From the IMG/VR virus record IMGVR_UViG_3300033066_001354: 64,000 nt of DNA, one strand, 5' to 3'. The translations under genes were made by a program, and so were the position numbers. Positions 28,875 to 39,216 of this stretch are shown here, piece by piece (position 1 is the first letter of the stretch; each line of letters starts with the position of its first letter). Below the pieces are notes generated by a model, which made no database searches, was not told the DNA's origin, and worked only from the letters and a program-made list of their open reading frames with translations. This DNA is from an uncultured virus (IMG/VR IMGVR_UViG_3300033066_001354). Taxonomy: Duplodnaviria > Heunggongvirae > Uroviricota > Caudoviricetes.

Positions 28875-31693
28875 TGGCTACTACTGCAAGAATAGAAGAG
28901 TATATTGTCGAGTACGCACGCGCTATTGGTGATGCGTACATTGGGGTTAGAGACGGTATCGGCTCTGAGGATACTCCTGGCACGGCCTTGTTCGAAATGG
29001 CTCAGATGTCAGACCTTTCAAGCACCAATATGCCACGGTTCGGTGTTTTGGAAAGCGACCCAGCAGGTTTTGAGGTCACATATGACATTGTTGACCAACC
29101 TACTTTTGTCTCTGTCAGCGCCGGATTAGTAGCTTACAAGTCCCAAAGAATTACCGTCGAACCACAAAGCGTACCAATCGTAAGAGCTACGGCAAAACAA
29201 TATGACGACACTTATCAATATGGAGTCAGACTGGGTTTTCCGCTTTCAGAAGCAAAAAAAGCCGCACAGTTATATTCGACAGTAGTTTCACAAAGTGCGT
29301 CTAGTACAGACCAATTTTTATACGTAGCGGACACAGCCACTCCGCTAAGTTTAGGTTTCCCTCTTAAAGCTCACGTCGGGACTTCGTTCATAGTTTTCAA
29401 TGGGTTTAACGAAGATGGTACGGCTTTACAAGTAGACCCCAGCTTTACTTCTGATGGTATTAACTATGGAATTTTAGGAGAAAGCTTTTTAGAACAAACG
29501 CGTGTTTACTTCATTTATGAACCGCGTGTGCAGTCAATAGTGGGTATGCCAGTACCATCATCTGGCACTGACCCGACAGCATTCACATACTATCCGCCAC
29601 TTCCCGCTGATTGGTTGCCTGTCGCGGACGTTCTTGTGACAGGGCCAGACACAGGGGTCAACACGACAGCACCAACAGCAGCTTATGTACAGCGCACAGT
29701 GTTAGAGTGGCCTTCGGACACTCCCGTCTTTGACCCAAGTGACGCTAAGACAATATTAAAAATTACTTCTGCATCACGCTCTAGTTTGAAACAAGTCAAG
29801 CAGACTTCTTCTTTTGGTGACGCGATTTCGGCGTTGATTGACTATACAAATACAGTGGCTAATGATTCTAACACTAGCTTCCGTGAATACTGGGGTGCTC
29901 AACCATTTAGAGCAACTGACTACTTCGCCCGTGGGGTCAGTTTTTACGACCTGGAGAGAATTGACTTTCCTGAATCTTTCAAAAAGGCTTACTATGATTT
30001 CAGTAACGATGATTTACAACACACTTTTGGTGTATTTCGTGGAGACTTGTACGACTCTACCAACCCCCTAATCAATAATGAAAGTGTTAGCGGACTAGAA
30101 GTCAATAGTTTTGTTTCAACTTCTGTGCCGTCAACTTTAAGACGGGGGACTTACGTCTACGGTGTTTCAGCGGTATTGACTTCAGGGCACACTACAGGGG
30201 AAACTCCAGCTAGTTATATAGTCACGACCACAGACACTAACTCTTCAAACTATTTCGTCAACGAATTAACGTGGGACGCAGTTCCCGGAGCAATGTTCTA
30301 TCACATTTACCGACGCGCAACCCTTGTCGGAGACCAGACTGAAGCCAGACTCACCGAGGTGGACACTGTTACTGGCAGCGGCGCTTTTTCAATCCCCACC
30401 GATTTAACAGACACTGAAGAAAGGCTTGGTGATTATTACGACGCTTTCAAATTTACAGTCTTAGTCACCACACCTATAACAGACGTAGTGCTTGAACTTA
30501 AGTCTGCTTCACTTTTGACAGGGACTGGGGACGACTATTTAACCGTGAATTTGATGGCAGACAACGGCGGAATTCCCGGTACGTTCTTGAAACAGGGGGA
30601 AAACATACTCCTGAGTGACATTGGCACCACCTATACGGCTTTTACAAGCTTGCTTTCTTATACATTGGCCATAGGAACGTATTGGATTGTCATTGGACGC
30701 TCAGCAAAACCAAGTTCAGACTTATATTTACACCGAGGTGTCAAATCTGGAAACATAATTCCGGGAGAAGTCAGTGTCACATCCGTGCGAGTAACGCCAA
30801 CACTCGTGGCAGACGAATTATTGCACAAACAAGCCGAAGCAATTAAAGTTGAATCGTCCTCTTACACAGGTACACAACTTGGTGGTGTCAGGCTTAAGCT
30901 TAGAAAAACCGGGACTATACGCAATGGCAACGACGCACTGACGGTCTACCTGTTCTCTGACGGAGGCGGGCATAACGGCCCTGATGCGCTATTGGCTACG
31001 GGTACGCCAATTTACTATAAAGATTTGACGACATCGCCAGCCTTTTACACTAGTCAGTTAGATTATGTGTTGACGCCAGGTACGCATTATTGGATTGTCA
31101 TTGGGCGTACAAGTCCTCCCATCGGCGCGGCTGTGAACACATATATAAAAAGCGGCTTTGCTTTGTTCCAATACATGTCTTCCATCTCAGGTGAAGACGA
31201 AAGCGGCGCGACATGGGCGACATCTGGGGGCAACGAGGGATACTTCAGACTGTTAGGGTGGCTGGATTACGGAAGAAAAGGTTTATACCTAACTCGAAGA
31301 GGAATTAGGCTGACTGGCAATAAGTCACAAACTCCGAGACGATTGTCCGTCTATGTGCCACCAATAGAAATCACACTCGACCGTGGAAGAATGCCAAGTG
31401 TTTCACAATCAGGGAGCAATATTGAAAGCACTGAAGACACGAGCGTAAAGAACGAATTGCTTGTGACGGTGATTGCAAGAAAAGGAGCGAATGGAACTCC
31501 TGTGCAGTTGCCGACCATCACAGTGCCGCAAGGAACGACCCGTGACACTAGGTTTTTGTTGGGCTCCGACAGTGACTTGTTCGACAGAGTGGACGATATA
31601 CAGGTGGTTCCTGGAAGCAACATCCGACAAATGACTGACGGCACGATAGATTGGAGCGTCTACGACCTTGTTACTGTGGAGACAGCGCCTTAA
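28874..31693 (+). CDS. Large tail/baseplate protein with FN3-like and repeated YWIV modules
   Basis: 939 aa; LTWDAVPGA..YHIYR (FN3-like); GTYWIVIGRS and GTHYWIVIGRT. Confidence 0.6.
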   Translation: MATTARIEEYIVEYARAIGDAYIGVRDGIGSEDTPGTALFEMAQMSDLSSTNMPRFGVLESDPAGFEVTYDIVDQPTFVSVSAGLVAYKSQRITVEPQSVPIVRATAKQYDDTYQYGVRLGFPLSEAKKAAQLYSTVVSQSASSTDQFLYVADTATPLSLGFPLKAHVGTSFIVFNGFNEDGTALQVDPSFTSDGINYGILGESFLEQTRVYFIYEPRVQSIVGMPVPSSGTDPTAFTYYPPLPADWLPVADVLVTGPDTGVNTTAPTAAYVQRTVLEWPSDTPVFDPSDAKTILKITSASRSSLKQVKQTSSFGDAISALIDYTNTVANDSNTSFREYWGAQPFRATDYFARGVSFYDLERIDFPESFKKAYYDFSNDDLQHTFGVFRGDLYDSTNPLINNESVSGLEVNSFVSTSVPSTLRRGTYVYGVSAVLTSGHTTGETPASYIVTTTDTNSSNYFVNELTWDAVPGAMFYHIYRRATLVGDQTEARLTEVDTVTGSGAFSIPTDLTDTEERLGDYYDAFKFTVLVTTPITDVVLELKSASLLTGTGDDYLTVNLMADNGGIPGTFLKQGENILLSDIGTTYTAFTSLLSYTLAIGTYWIVIGRSAKPSSDLYLHRGVKSGNIIPGEVSVTSVRVTPTLVADELLHKQAEAIKVESSSYTGTQLGGVRLKLRKTGTIRNGNDALTVYLFSDGGGHNGPDALLATGTPIYYKDLTTSPAFYTSQLDYVLTPGTHYWIVIGRTSPPIGAAVNTYIKSGFALFQYMSSISGEDESGATWATSGGNEGYFRLLGWLDYGRKGLYLTRRGIRLTGNKSQTPRRLSVYVPPIEITLDRGRMPSVSQSGSNIESTEDTSVKNELLVTVIARKGANGTPVQLPTITVPQGTTRDTRFLLGSDSDLFDRVDDIQVVPGSNIRQMTDGTIDWSVYDLVTVETAP

Positions 31694-33063
31694 TGACAGA
31701 CTTTGACGAAATGCTGAGTCTTTACGCCAGCTTAGGGTTTCAACAAGGTTTTACGGATTTGATTGCAATTTTGCGCAATAATCCGCGTGAAACACTATTC
31801 GGCTTCGATGTTAACGACATCAGGGCTCAAGACGTGGTTCCAGCTAAGTCTTTTGACTTTAGTCTAAGTCAAGAGTCTGCATATCCCACAAGGCTTGCAG
31901 GAGAAGGCGCTGAACCAGCGACCATAAGAGTCGGTGTAAAGAAGTCTCGCGCCACCACAGTGCTACCTATCATCGCTCCGACAGAAGGATGGGTTGACCC
32001 AGTTATAGGATTATTGTGGGACTTGTGCAAACAGGCTTGGTGGGGAAGCTCGACTGCGGCACTAGGACGAATGATATCACCCACCAACGATGCCGTCATC
32101 ATGTCAGGGCAAAGTGAAATTTACACTGACAACATAGCTGATTTTGTGACTTTTGTAGCCCCGTTTCCCTTGACAATCATTCCACCAGAAGGAACCGCCG
32201 AAGACACAGAGACCGTGAATGTGGTGTCTATATCGAAAGCAGACCGAAAGTTTGTCCTTGAAAACCCTACAGCCTATTCACATACTGCATCAGACACATT
32301 GCTGGCGTTCTTACCAAATTTGTCAGGGCCTGAAAGAGAACCAGACTTTTCATTGATGTCGCTTCGTGAAGGTATGCTCACACCATGTTTGGTCAACAAG
32401 TTGACAATCAATGCCTCTGACGCAAAGTCTGCTATAGACTTGAACGCAGAATTGGCGTTCATACACACGTTTAGGAAGCCACAAGCTGATTTAAGAGGCA
32501 TTCGCCAGACAATGCTCACAAACATAGCTAAAAAGGGCCCTGGGCGTCTTATTTACGGCTCCGAGATTGTTTTGTCGTCTCCATCGCCCACAACTGGAGC
32601 TTTTGGTCTTGGTGTGGCTTTGGGCGACGAGTTGTTCGCCGGGTTTCAGGGACTTGATATCCAGCCCATCACAATCACAGGAATAAACATTATAGTTGAC
32701 AATCATTTGAACGATGTCTACTCGACACACTCGATGTCGAACACTGTCACAAAACGAAATTCAGACAACAACCTTCCTTTCGCCCTATATTCGGAAGGCA
32801 GGACTATATCTGGACAAATCACGTACAAATCGCCGTTAGAACCCTGGGCTGTGCTCGAAAGGCTTGCAGGGCCGTCTTCTATCAATAATGGTGGACTAGT
32901 AGTGAACTTCGGCCCATTCTCCATCACCATGAACCAAGTAGCCTGGAGACCTTCTCAAAGCTCGGCAAAAATAGACGGAGACACAGACAGAACACTGGAA
33001 TGGAGCATGCTGGCAGAAAATTACGATGATATGCCGAGGTTGGCATACGAGACTCAGGACTAA
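31693..33063 (+). CDS. Tail tube-like protein
   Basis: C-terminal I.I.VDNHL...GRTISGQITY pattern seen in tail tube families; start moved to ATG 31693 (TAATG coupling). Confidence 0.45.
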   Translation: MTDFDEMLSLYASLGFQQGFTDLIAILRNNPRETLFGFDVNDIRAQDVVPAKSFDFSLSQESAYPTRLAGEGAEPATIRVGVKKSRATTVLPIIAPTEGWVDPVIGLLWDLCKQAWWGSSTAALGRMISPTNDAVIMSGQSEIYTDNIADFVTFVAPFPLTIIPPEGTAEDTETVNVVSISKADRKFVLENPTAYSHTASDTLLAFLPNLSGPEREPDFSLMSLREGMLTPCLVNKLTINASDAKSAIDLNAELAFIHTFRKPQADLRGIRQTMLTNIAKKGPGRLIYGSEIVLSSPSPTTGAFGLGVALGDELFAGFQGLDIQPITITGINIIVDNHLNDVYSTHSMSNTVTKRNSDNNLPFALYSEGRTISGQITYKSPLEPWAVLERLAGPSSINNGGLVVNFGPFSITMNQVAWRPSQSSAKIDGDTDRTLEWSMLAENYDDMPRLAYETQD

Positions 33064-33081
33064 TCCCGTATAAGTAAAGAC

Positions 33082-33474
33082 ATGTCGGTGTTCATTTCAG
33101 ACGACCCGTTCGAAATCGAAGTGTGTTTTCAACCCATTTTGAACGCTTCCGGGCAATTGACCAGTGTCGCTATTTTTCCAGACGCCACTGACCCGAAAAC
33201 CGTCACGCTAAAATGTTGGGTGACGGGAAGAGACTTTGAAAACATGTCGAAGATTTTGGAGAACGCCACAATTATCAATCACATCAATGGTGAGACTTTA
33301 GTCAGAAAGTCAGTTTTTTACCGCGCAATAGTTTTGAAGTTTTTTAAGTCTTGGAATTTGTACGACGATAAAGGCGTAATGGTTCCGATTGAGAACCATA
33401 TTATAAGCAAAATGCACGACACATTAGTTCGTGCTTTAGCCAAGAAGTGGCTTAAGGTCACTGGCGGGAGATAA
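33082..33474 (+). CDS. Putative tail assembly chaperone
   Basis: KSWNL.D..G..VPI....I..M pattern; follows a tube-like gene. Confidence 0.5.
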   Translation: MSVFISDDPFEIEVCFQPILNASGQLTSVAIFPDATDPKTVTLKCWVTGRDFENMSKILENATIINHINGETLVRKSVFYRAIVLKFFKSWNLYDDKGVMVPIENHIISKMHDTLVRALAKKWLKVTGGR

Positions 33475-33476
33475 TA

Positions 33477-34676
33477 ATGCCAGTATCCACACACACACCA
33501 GCAGCAGCCCATCTGTTCTATATCATGTCTTTGACGGACAAAGACATTAGCATTTGGAGTGACCAGACACAAGTTAATTCTGGGCTGTACAGGGGTAATA
33601 CTGAAGCCACAAGAGAAGTTTACACCTGGGATTTGAGGTCTTTGGCAGCGCGAGGTGTGTTCAAGCGTCTGAAAAAAACTGATTCTCTTTGGTATAAATT
33701 ATGGCTAAGGGAGTACAATGCTGATGCTGGCTCTGGTGTTTACAAACCATTGCCCACGATTTTTACAGTGTCCCCGTTCAATCACCTGGACGCTTCAGGG
33801 CATGTCTATAGTGGGAGCTTTAGTTTTTCACCATTGGTCGCAGACACTGACATTAACGGAGGATTGACAGCCGAGACATACGACGCTGAAAGAGCAGTGT
33901 GGCAAGGCATGTTGTTTCCAGCCATGCCTATGCTTTTGGCAAGCACCATTGATAAGACTGATTGCTTTGGGCCTGTCTTTTTTAGGAAGATTTCTTTCAC
34001 TGTCTCTGGCGAGGGCGGTCTGTCGCCAGTAAGTGTCACTGCCGAATTCGCGGGTGGCAAAACTTTAAAGTCTCCAGTCATGGACGTGGCACCACCCGAA
34101 ACTGTCACATATCTAGGCACGACAGATTACCAAGCCTATCGACCAGCCAGTATGGTAGATTGCTTGGCGGCCGAAGACGTGTTCGACAATCTTCAAGACT
34201 TAAAGGATAACTTAGCGCCGTTTTATGAGTTGGAAAAGGAATCGCCCACCACCAGAATATTAGAAATCAAATTGACAATGACTCAAGATGTTGAGTTTGT
34301 CTTCACAGGTCACAAAGGTTCTTCCAACGACTCTAAAGGCCCGCGTTTCGCTGAAATCAAGAACAGAAAAGTCACAGGCTCTTTCATGTTCTTTTCACGA
34401 GAGGACAGCATCCTTTTAGGCACTTCTGACAAAAACCCTGACTCTGGTCAATTAACGCTGTACTTTGGCGGGCCTTACTTGTTCCCAATGTCCAATGTAG
34501 AATGGCAAAAACCTGTTTTAAGGGTTGTTCCGGGACAAGGTTTCTATCATGTCTATAATTTTACAGCAAGGGCCGCTGACAACGCTATTCAGATGGGCTT
34601 CAAGACAAGCGATTTGCCAGTATCTGAATTTGACTTACCGACTGTAGTGCTCGACACAAGTGAGGACGAGGCGTAA
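33477..34676 (+). CDS. Second tail tube-like protein
   Basis: PRF.....RKVTGSF.F and LTLYFG resemble the C-terminus of the 31693 protein. Confidence 0.4.
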   Translation: MPVSTHTPAAAHLFYIMSLTDKDISIWSDQTQVNSGLYRGNTEATREVYTWDLRSLAARGVFKRLKKTDSLWYKLWLREYNADAGSGVYKPLPTIFTVSPFNHLDASGHVYSGSFSFSPLVADTDINGGLTAETYDAERAVWQGMLFPAMPMLLASTIDKTDCFGPVFFRKISFTVSGEGGLSPVSVTAEFAGGKTLKSPVMDVAPPETVTYLGTTDYQAYRPASMVDCLAAEDVFDNLQDLKDNLAPFYELEKESPTTRILEIKLTMTQDVEFVFTGHKGSSNDSKGPRFAEIKNRKVTGSFMFFSREDSILLGTSDKNPDSGQLTLYFGGPYLFPMSNVEWQKPVLRVVPGQGFYHVYNFTARAADNAIQMGFKTSDLPVSEFDLPTVVLDTSEDEA

Positions 34677-35470
34677 TGGATGAAAAAGAGGTCACAAAAC
34701 GTATGAGAGAAGCCTTGGGTAAGGCAAATGAGCTAGAACCTTTAGAGCATTCCGCCCAAGAACAGGCATTGACCATACAGTCTTTTGAAGAATGGCTTCC
34801 CAGTTTGCCAAAAGTACCCAAAAACGGCTTTTTGTTGGATTCAGTCTATAAAGAGGAGACGGTCATTTTTTGTGTCAAAGAACTGGATTGGCAAACAGCC
34901 ATGAACATCGACATGAAAGCTTACCGGGTCACCGAAAAAGACACCGACTATTATTCTGAAGAATACGAACGAAGACAAACCCTGTCCAGAGCTATCTGTT
35001 GGGTCGCAGATTATGCCACAAGAACAGTGTTGCACAACAAAGACGAGCATATTTTGGAAAAAATCAACTACGATATTTTGGATGAAATTTGGCTAAAGTA
35101 TAAAACTATCACAAGCGTGACAGCTATCGAGGCTCAGAAACTATACGAATCTACGCGCCGTTATTTGAACAATCAAGCACAAGAGGGCGTGCCAATACCA
35201 AGCATCGTCCCTAAAACCATAGCCATTTGTGACGGATGGTGTTCGCTCAGTTCAAAAGAATTACAGTCAATAACTGCGGGTGACTGGGAACGCATGCAAA
35301 TAGTTAGAATGGCAAGAGCCGACCTTATGGGTGTCTATAGTCAGGCGCAGATAGCTTCGAACACTAAACAAGTCATCACTCACGAAGTGCAAGAAGAAAC
35401 CTCTTCCGACGCTATTGAATTTGCTAAACGTTTTCCAATAGGGCATCCCAACAGACCTCCTGGAATATAA
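34676..35470 (+). CDS. Hypothetical protein (possible tail chaperone)
   Basis: 264 aa, coupled ORF. Confidence 0.6.
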   Translation: MDEKEVTKRMREALGKANELEPLEHSAQEQALTIQSFEEWLPSLPKVPKNGFLLDSVYKEETVIFCVKELDWQTAMNIDMKAYRVTEKDTDYYSEEYERRQTLSRAICWVADYATRTVLHNKDEHILEKINYDILDEIWLKYKTITSVTAIEAQKLYESTRRYLNNQAQEGVPIPSIVPKTIAICDGWCSLSSKELQSITAGDWERMQIVRMARADLMGVYSQAQIASNTKQVITHEVQEETSSDAIEFAKRFPIGHPNRPPGI

Positions 35471-35482
35471 CGAAGGTGATAC

Positions 35483-35794
35483 ATGAAACCAAAAGAAGCT
35501 GCCGATGTTATGCGACTTGAAGCCGACCACATGATGCAAATGATTCGAGGCTTGCGTGCAAGGAAGTCTTCTGACTTTTCACAAAAGGACTTGCTGAATT
35601 GGTTGTGCATCGCACTACAACAACACTCTGACTTCAAAATGGCTATGGCAGACATACTGAACAATGTCAACTTGCCAGAGTTGATGTCTGAAACTACGCA
35701 AGCTGTGTATCAACAGACAGAAGAGGCTGAATCCATTAACATGGAAGCCCCGCCCTTCGACAAGTCGTTTTGGTTGGGGCTTGGTGACGTTTAA
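35483..35794 (+). CDS. Hypothetical protein
   Basis: 103 aa with AAGGTG RBS. Confidence 0.65.
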   Translation: MKPKEAADVMRLEADHMMQMIRGLRARKSSDFSQKDLLNWLCIALQQHSDFKMAMADILNNVNLPELMSETTQAVYQQTEEAESINMEAPPFDKSFWLGLGDV

Positions 35795-35797
35795 GAA

Positions 35798-36229
35798 TTA
35801 CTCGCCGCTAAATGGGTCAACGACTTCAGCGCCAGCGTTCTGTAAATTTTGAACAAAATCAGACTCTGCCTGTGGAGACTGCCCGCTGGCTCCACTATTA
35901 AATTGCGATTTGACATCAAGCAAACGACCAAGTTCCACAATGTCTTCCTCTGTAGGAGCCATTTTAGTGGACAATTCATGAATTTTTGCGTCTAGCTGGA
36001 TGATTTCATCTTCTCTGTTCAACTCTTCCATGACCCGTTGGCGCTCAGTGTCCTCATCATGACCCAAGAAACCGTGTTCCGTTGCGAGGTTGTCAGGATT
36101 TGACTCAGGGTCTGAGGATGTGAAGTATTGAGCCACTTTGGTCAACAAGTTGGCGTCATCGTACTGACCCATGCTGTCTAAATCGTTGGAAACTTCCAAC
36201 AGTGTAGCGATAATTTCTCTGTTCTTCAT
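35798..36229 (-). CDS. Acidic probable virion cargo protein with LD..G...A..LT leader
   Basis: Start moved to ATG 36229: MKNREIIATLLEVSNDLDSMGQYDDANLLTKVAQ. Confidence 0.65.
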   Translation of the reverse strand: MKNREIIATLLEVSNDLDSMGQYDDANLLTKVAQYFTSSDPESNPDNLATEHGFLGHDEDTERQRVMEELNREDEIIQLDAKIHELSTKMAPTEEDIVELGRLLDVKSQFNSGASGQSPQAESDFVQNLQNAGAEVVDPFSGE

Positions 36230-36247
36230 AACGTCACCAAAGCAATA

Positions 36248-36272
36248 TTCACTTATTGACCTCGCAAAACCT
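36248..36272 (-). promoter_or_regulatory. Putative late promoter AGG-N19-GAA
   Basis: AGG TTTTGCGAGGTCAATAAGT GAA. Confidence 0.6.
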
Positions 36273-37755
36273 TTGCATATACGTCTGCGTGCATTTTTGC
36301 CACTGCTTTCCAAGATGTCTTTTTCAAGAATTCAATCCTTTCTTTATTGAAATTAGAGTTTATACCAGGGTGACTGAACACATCGTCAATAGCTTTATAC
36401 AACTCTTCTTCGTCACCAGCGCGTAGCGCCATACCCTCCACATCGTCGAACAAATGGACTTTTGTAGTGACGAGTGGCGTCTCAGTGCCCAGAACGACCC
36501 GCGCAATGCCTGAAGTCGAGTAAACATCATGTTCTGGATGGCTGGTGTAAGGCAAGACACAAACTTTCGTAGTCCTCAAGAAAGACATTAAAACATCTTC
36601 GCTCACAAACCCGCGATTGATGGTCACATGCTCCTCGATGCCCATTTTTTTGCAAGCCAACATCAAGTTTTTATAAACTCTTTCGTGCTCTTTCATATTG
36701 TTAGGATTTTCAGACGCTTGAACAATGTAGTGAATATCTGGATATTTGCCTTTAAGTCGTGCAATAACAGACAACACTTTAGCGTGCCCTTTGTACTCGA
36801 ACAAAAACCCTGGTTGAAACATTGTGTGGTCGTTTTGCCAAGTGTTCCATAGCGCTGGCAGCAATTTTGGACTTTCAGGAGTACCGTCGAGAATGTTACT
36901 GCCGTGAGGAACGACGCTTATCATATTGTTTTTTAAGCCTTTGCCAAGCAAACACTTTTTTGCTCCTTCGGTGTGTACAATAATGTGTTGACCACTTGCT
37001 TCTTGGACTGTTTTGTCCCGATGTTCGTAAACAGAGTGCATAGTGGCTATGACTGGATATTTTTTGGACTTGAACCAAGACACTAAAGAAGTGAACAAAT
37101 AAGCTTTGGCGAAAAAGCCATACTCATGACCAAAGTGAATCAAATCCGGGCTCCATTCATCAACAGCGAACATAAGTTTGACTTTAGGATGTTCGTTTCT
37201 TGCCCAGCATCTTGTCACAAAGTCAGGGTCGCCCTCGATACGCTCTTGTTTGTCATCATCGGCATATTCAGCAAACACGCGCACTTCGGCATGTTGACTG
37301 AGTTCTGCAATCAATTGTTCGTTATAGGTGGCAATTCCACACGGTGTGTTGTAAACACTAATAAATGCCACGCGTGGCTTTTCAACCCCCTGCATCTTTA
37401 CCAACTTGTTCAATTTGGCTTTTTTACCGCCGCCAAACTTAGCCATAAACATGACGAATGGAAGGCAGAACCAAAACATGAACAATCCGAACGCACAACC
37501 ACACCCCATACCGTCATTAGGCGGACATCCACAATGAGGCGGACATCCGCAGTGAGGGTCTTCGTGTTTCTTTCCTGTGAGAAAACACCAGATATTACTT
37601 AATAGGGTTTTGATTGATTTAAACACTTTGTTCGTCCATTTTGTGCGTTTGTCTTTGTGCGGACACTCACTGTCGTCACACGTTTTCGGGTCATTGTCAT
37701 ACTGACAACAGTCAAACTTAGTACATCCTATAGTTTTGTTGCGTCGAGGTTTCAT
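36253..37755 (-). CDS. GT4-family glycosyltransferase with a Cys-rich, membrane-anchored N-terminus
   Basis: CGIATY, HEYG, TMHSV, IIVH, VVPHG, GFL..YKG, VLPY, SG motifs. Confidence 0.8.
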   Translation of the reverse strand: MKPRRNKTIGCTKFDCCQYDNDPKTCDDSECPHKDKRTKWTNKVFKSIKTLLSNIWCFLTGKKHEDPHCGCPPHCGCPPNDGMGCGCAFGLFMFWFCLPFVMFMAKFGGGKKAKLNKLVKMQGVEKPRVAFISVYNTPCGIATYNEQLIAELSQHAEVRVFAEYADDDKQERIEGDPDFVTRCWARNEHPKVKLMFAVDEWSPDLIHFGHEYGFFAKAYLFTSLVSWFKSKKYPVIATMHSVYEHRDKTVQEASGQHIIVHTEGAKKCLLGKGLKNNMISVVPHGSNILDGTPESPKLLPALWNTWQNDHTMFQPGFLFEYKGHAKVLSVIARLKGKYPDIHYIVQASENPNNMKEHERVYKNLMLACKKMGIEEHVTINRGFVSEDVLMSFLRTTKVCVLPYTSHPEHDVYSTSGIARVVLGTETPLVTTKVHLFDDVEGMALRAGDEEELYKAIDDVFSHPGINSNFNKERIEFLKKTSWKAVAKMHADVYAKVLRGQ

Positions 37756-38822
37756 GTCGTATGCTCAATATTGTTTAAAAATGTGTTCCACTCCCTGTCG
37801 AACAACTCCCATCTGGTCGCGGCCTCTGAACAGTAGGCGTTTACTTTTGTAATGTAGGCTGGTGAATTTTCAGCGTATTGCGCGGCTTTTACTAATGACG
37901 CACGAGTCAACTCAGAATATTCTGCCGATATTGGTAAAAGCCCGATTTCTTCCAGCAAAGACTTGTTTTTTGCGTGGTGTGTTATGTCGATACAAGGCAC
38001 GCCAGCGGCAAGGGCCGTCGTGGTCGAATGAAACCTCATTGAAACCACTAGGTCGCTGTTGGATATTTCCTTAATGAGTTCGTCCCATGTTTGAGGCTCG
38101 GCCACCCATTGGGCTTCGTTCTTTTGTTCCATCGTGCCGAAAACAAAAGCAGAAGGAATCCTGTCATCCACCACCTTGGCAGTGTGAGCCGACAAAAAGG
38201 ATACGTTCCATCCGAATTTTGTCATCCAGTCACAAAACTGTGCAATAATGCGACAGTTGTGCAAAGCTTGCACAAACTGGTTAACGTCAGTATTGTGAGT
38301 CAAATCGTTGAACACATAACTGTTCAAGAACACAGACATCTTTTTCTTTCCAAGCAGCCTGTTGTTCGATGGCACGACACCTGGGCGAAAACTAATGTCT
38401 GGCACAAGAGAAGCTGCAATACCAATGCCAGCCAAAATATCGGCAGACTGCCTTGTTCTTACCCACCACTTTGCTTTCAAGTTTTTAAGCTCTTCTGCAA
38501 ACGATGTGTTGTTCAACAACTCTGCTGTAACGTTCACATTGACAAACGCGATAGGTTTTTGCGCGGCCTTCAACTTGGTAAGACCGTCTCCTTTGAACAC
38601 CCAAAAATCTGGATTGATGATGCCACCACCACCGATGACTATAACGTCACAATCGAGATGCCCTCTTGACACCGCAGCATTTTCAATACCGTCAGCGCTT
38701 TTGTCGGAAAACACCTTGACTTCGTGCAAATCGTCAATCGACAATACTTTGGAGAGATGATGAGCCATTAAGTCATCTCCAAAGTTCTGTTTAGCGTAAA
38801 ATCCACACAAAGCAATTTTCAT
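37752..38822 (-). CDS. Polysaccharide pyruvyl transferase family protein
   Basis: GFY...NFGDDLM, IGGGGI, VR...S, PD, SMRFHS...AL..GVP. Confidence 0.85.
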   Translation of the reverse strand: MKIALCGFYAKQNFGDDLMAHHLSKVLSIDDLHEVKVFSDKSADGIENAAVSRGHLDCDVIVIGGGGIINPDFWVFKGDGLTKLKAAQKPIAFVNVNVTAELLNNTSFAEELKNLKAKWWVRTRQSADILAGIGIAASLVPDISFRPGVVPSNNRLLGKKKMSVFLNSYVFNDLTHNTDVNQFVQALHNCRIIAQFCDWMTKFGWNVSFLSAHTAKVVDDRIPSAFVFGTMEQKNEAQWVAEPQTWDELIKEISNSDLVVSMRFHSTTTALAAGVPCIDITHHAKNKSLLEEIGLLPISAEYSELTRASLVKAAQYAENSPAYITKVNAYCSEAATRWELFDREWNTFLNNIEHTT

Positions 38823-38906
38823 CTAGAAATGGTCGTTTTTTTACTGACCCACCTATAGATGGTATTGTGGAAAAAATTCAAAATTTCCTGTGCTCTTTAC
38901 GCTATT

Positions 38907-39164
38907 TTAATGGTTTCTTTTGCGCCGTTTTTCAGAGTGCTTTTTTACCTTGTCGAACAATTGGTCTCCACCCCTTTCAATGGCTTGACTGGAAAGAGTA
39001 GTGGACAACAAAGCGCTGACAAAGTATTCCTTGCGATGCGGTTTTACAGCACCGATTGATATAAATTTGTCTACTAAACTTTCAGCCGCTTTCCGTCTAC
39101 GATATTGCTCTGGACAGAAAACTCTTTGAAGGAACAATAAGACGACGCTTGGCACTGTCGCCAC
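38907..39164 (-). CDS. Hypothetical protein
   Basis: 85 aa filling a gap; start uncertain. Confidence 0.35.
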   Translation of the reverse strand: MATVPSVVLLFLQRVFCPEQYRRRKAAESLVDKFISIGAVKPHRKEYFVSALLSTTLSSQAIERGGDQLFDKVKKHSEKRRKRNH

Positions 39165-39216
39165 CTTGGTTGTTAGAGTTGTTCATCACTGCACCAATAC
39201 TGTCTTTACCAAACTT

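Noticed and set aside
39082..39186. Alternative ORF MNNSNNQGG... containing an in-frame TAG
   Set aside because: A TGA follows five codons later, so readthrough yields nothing substantial.
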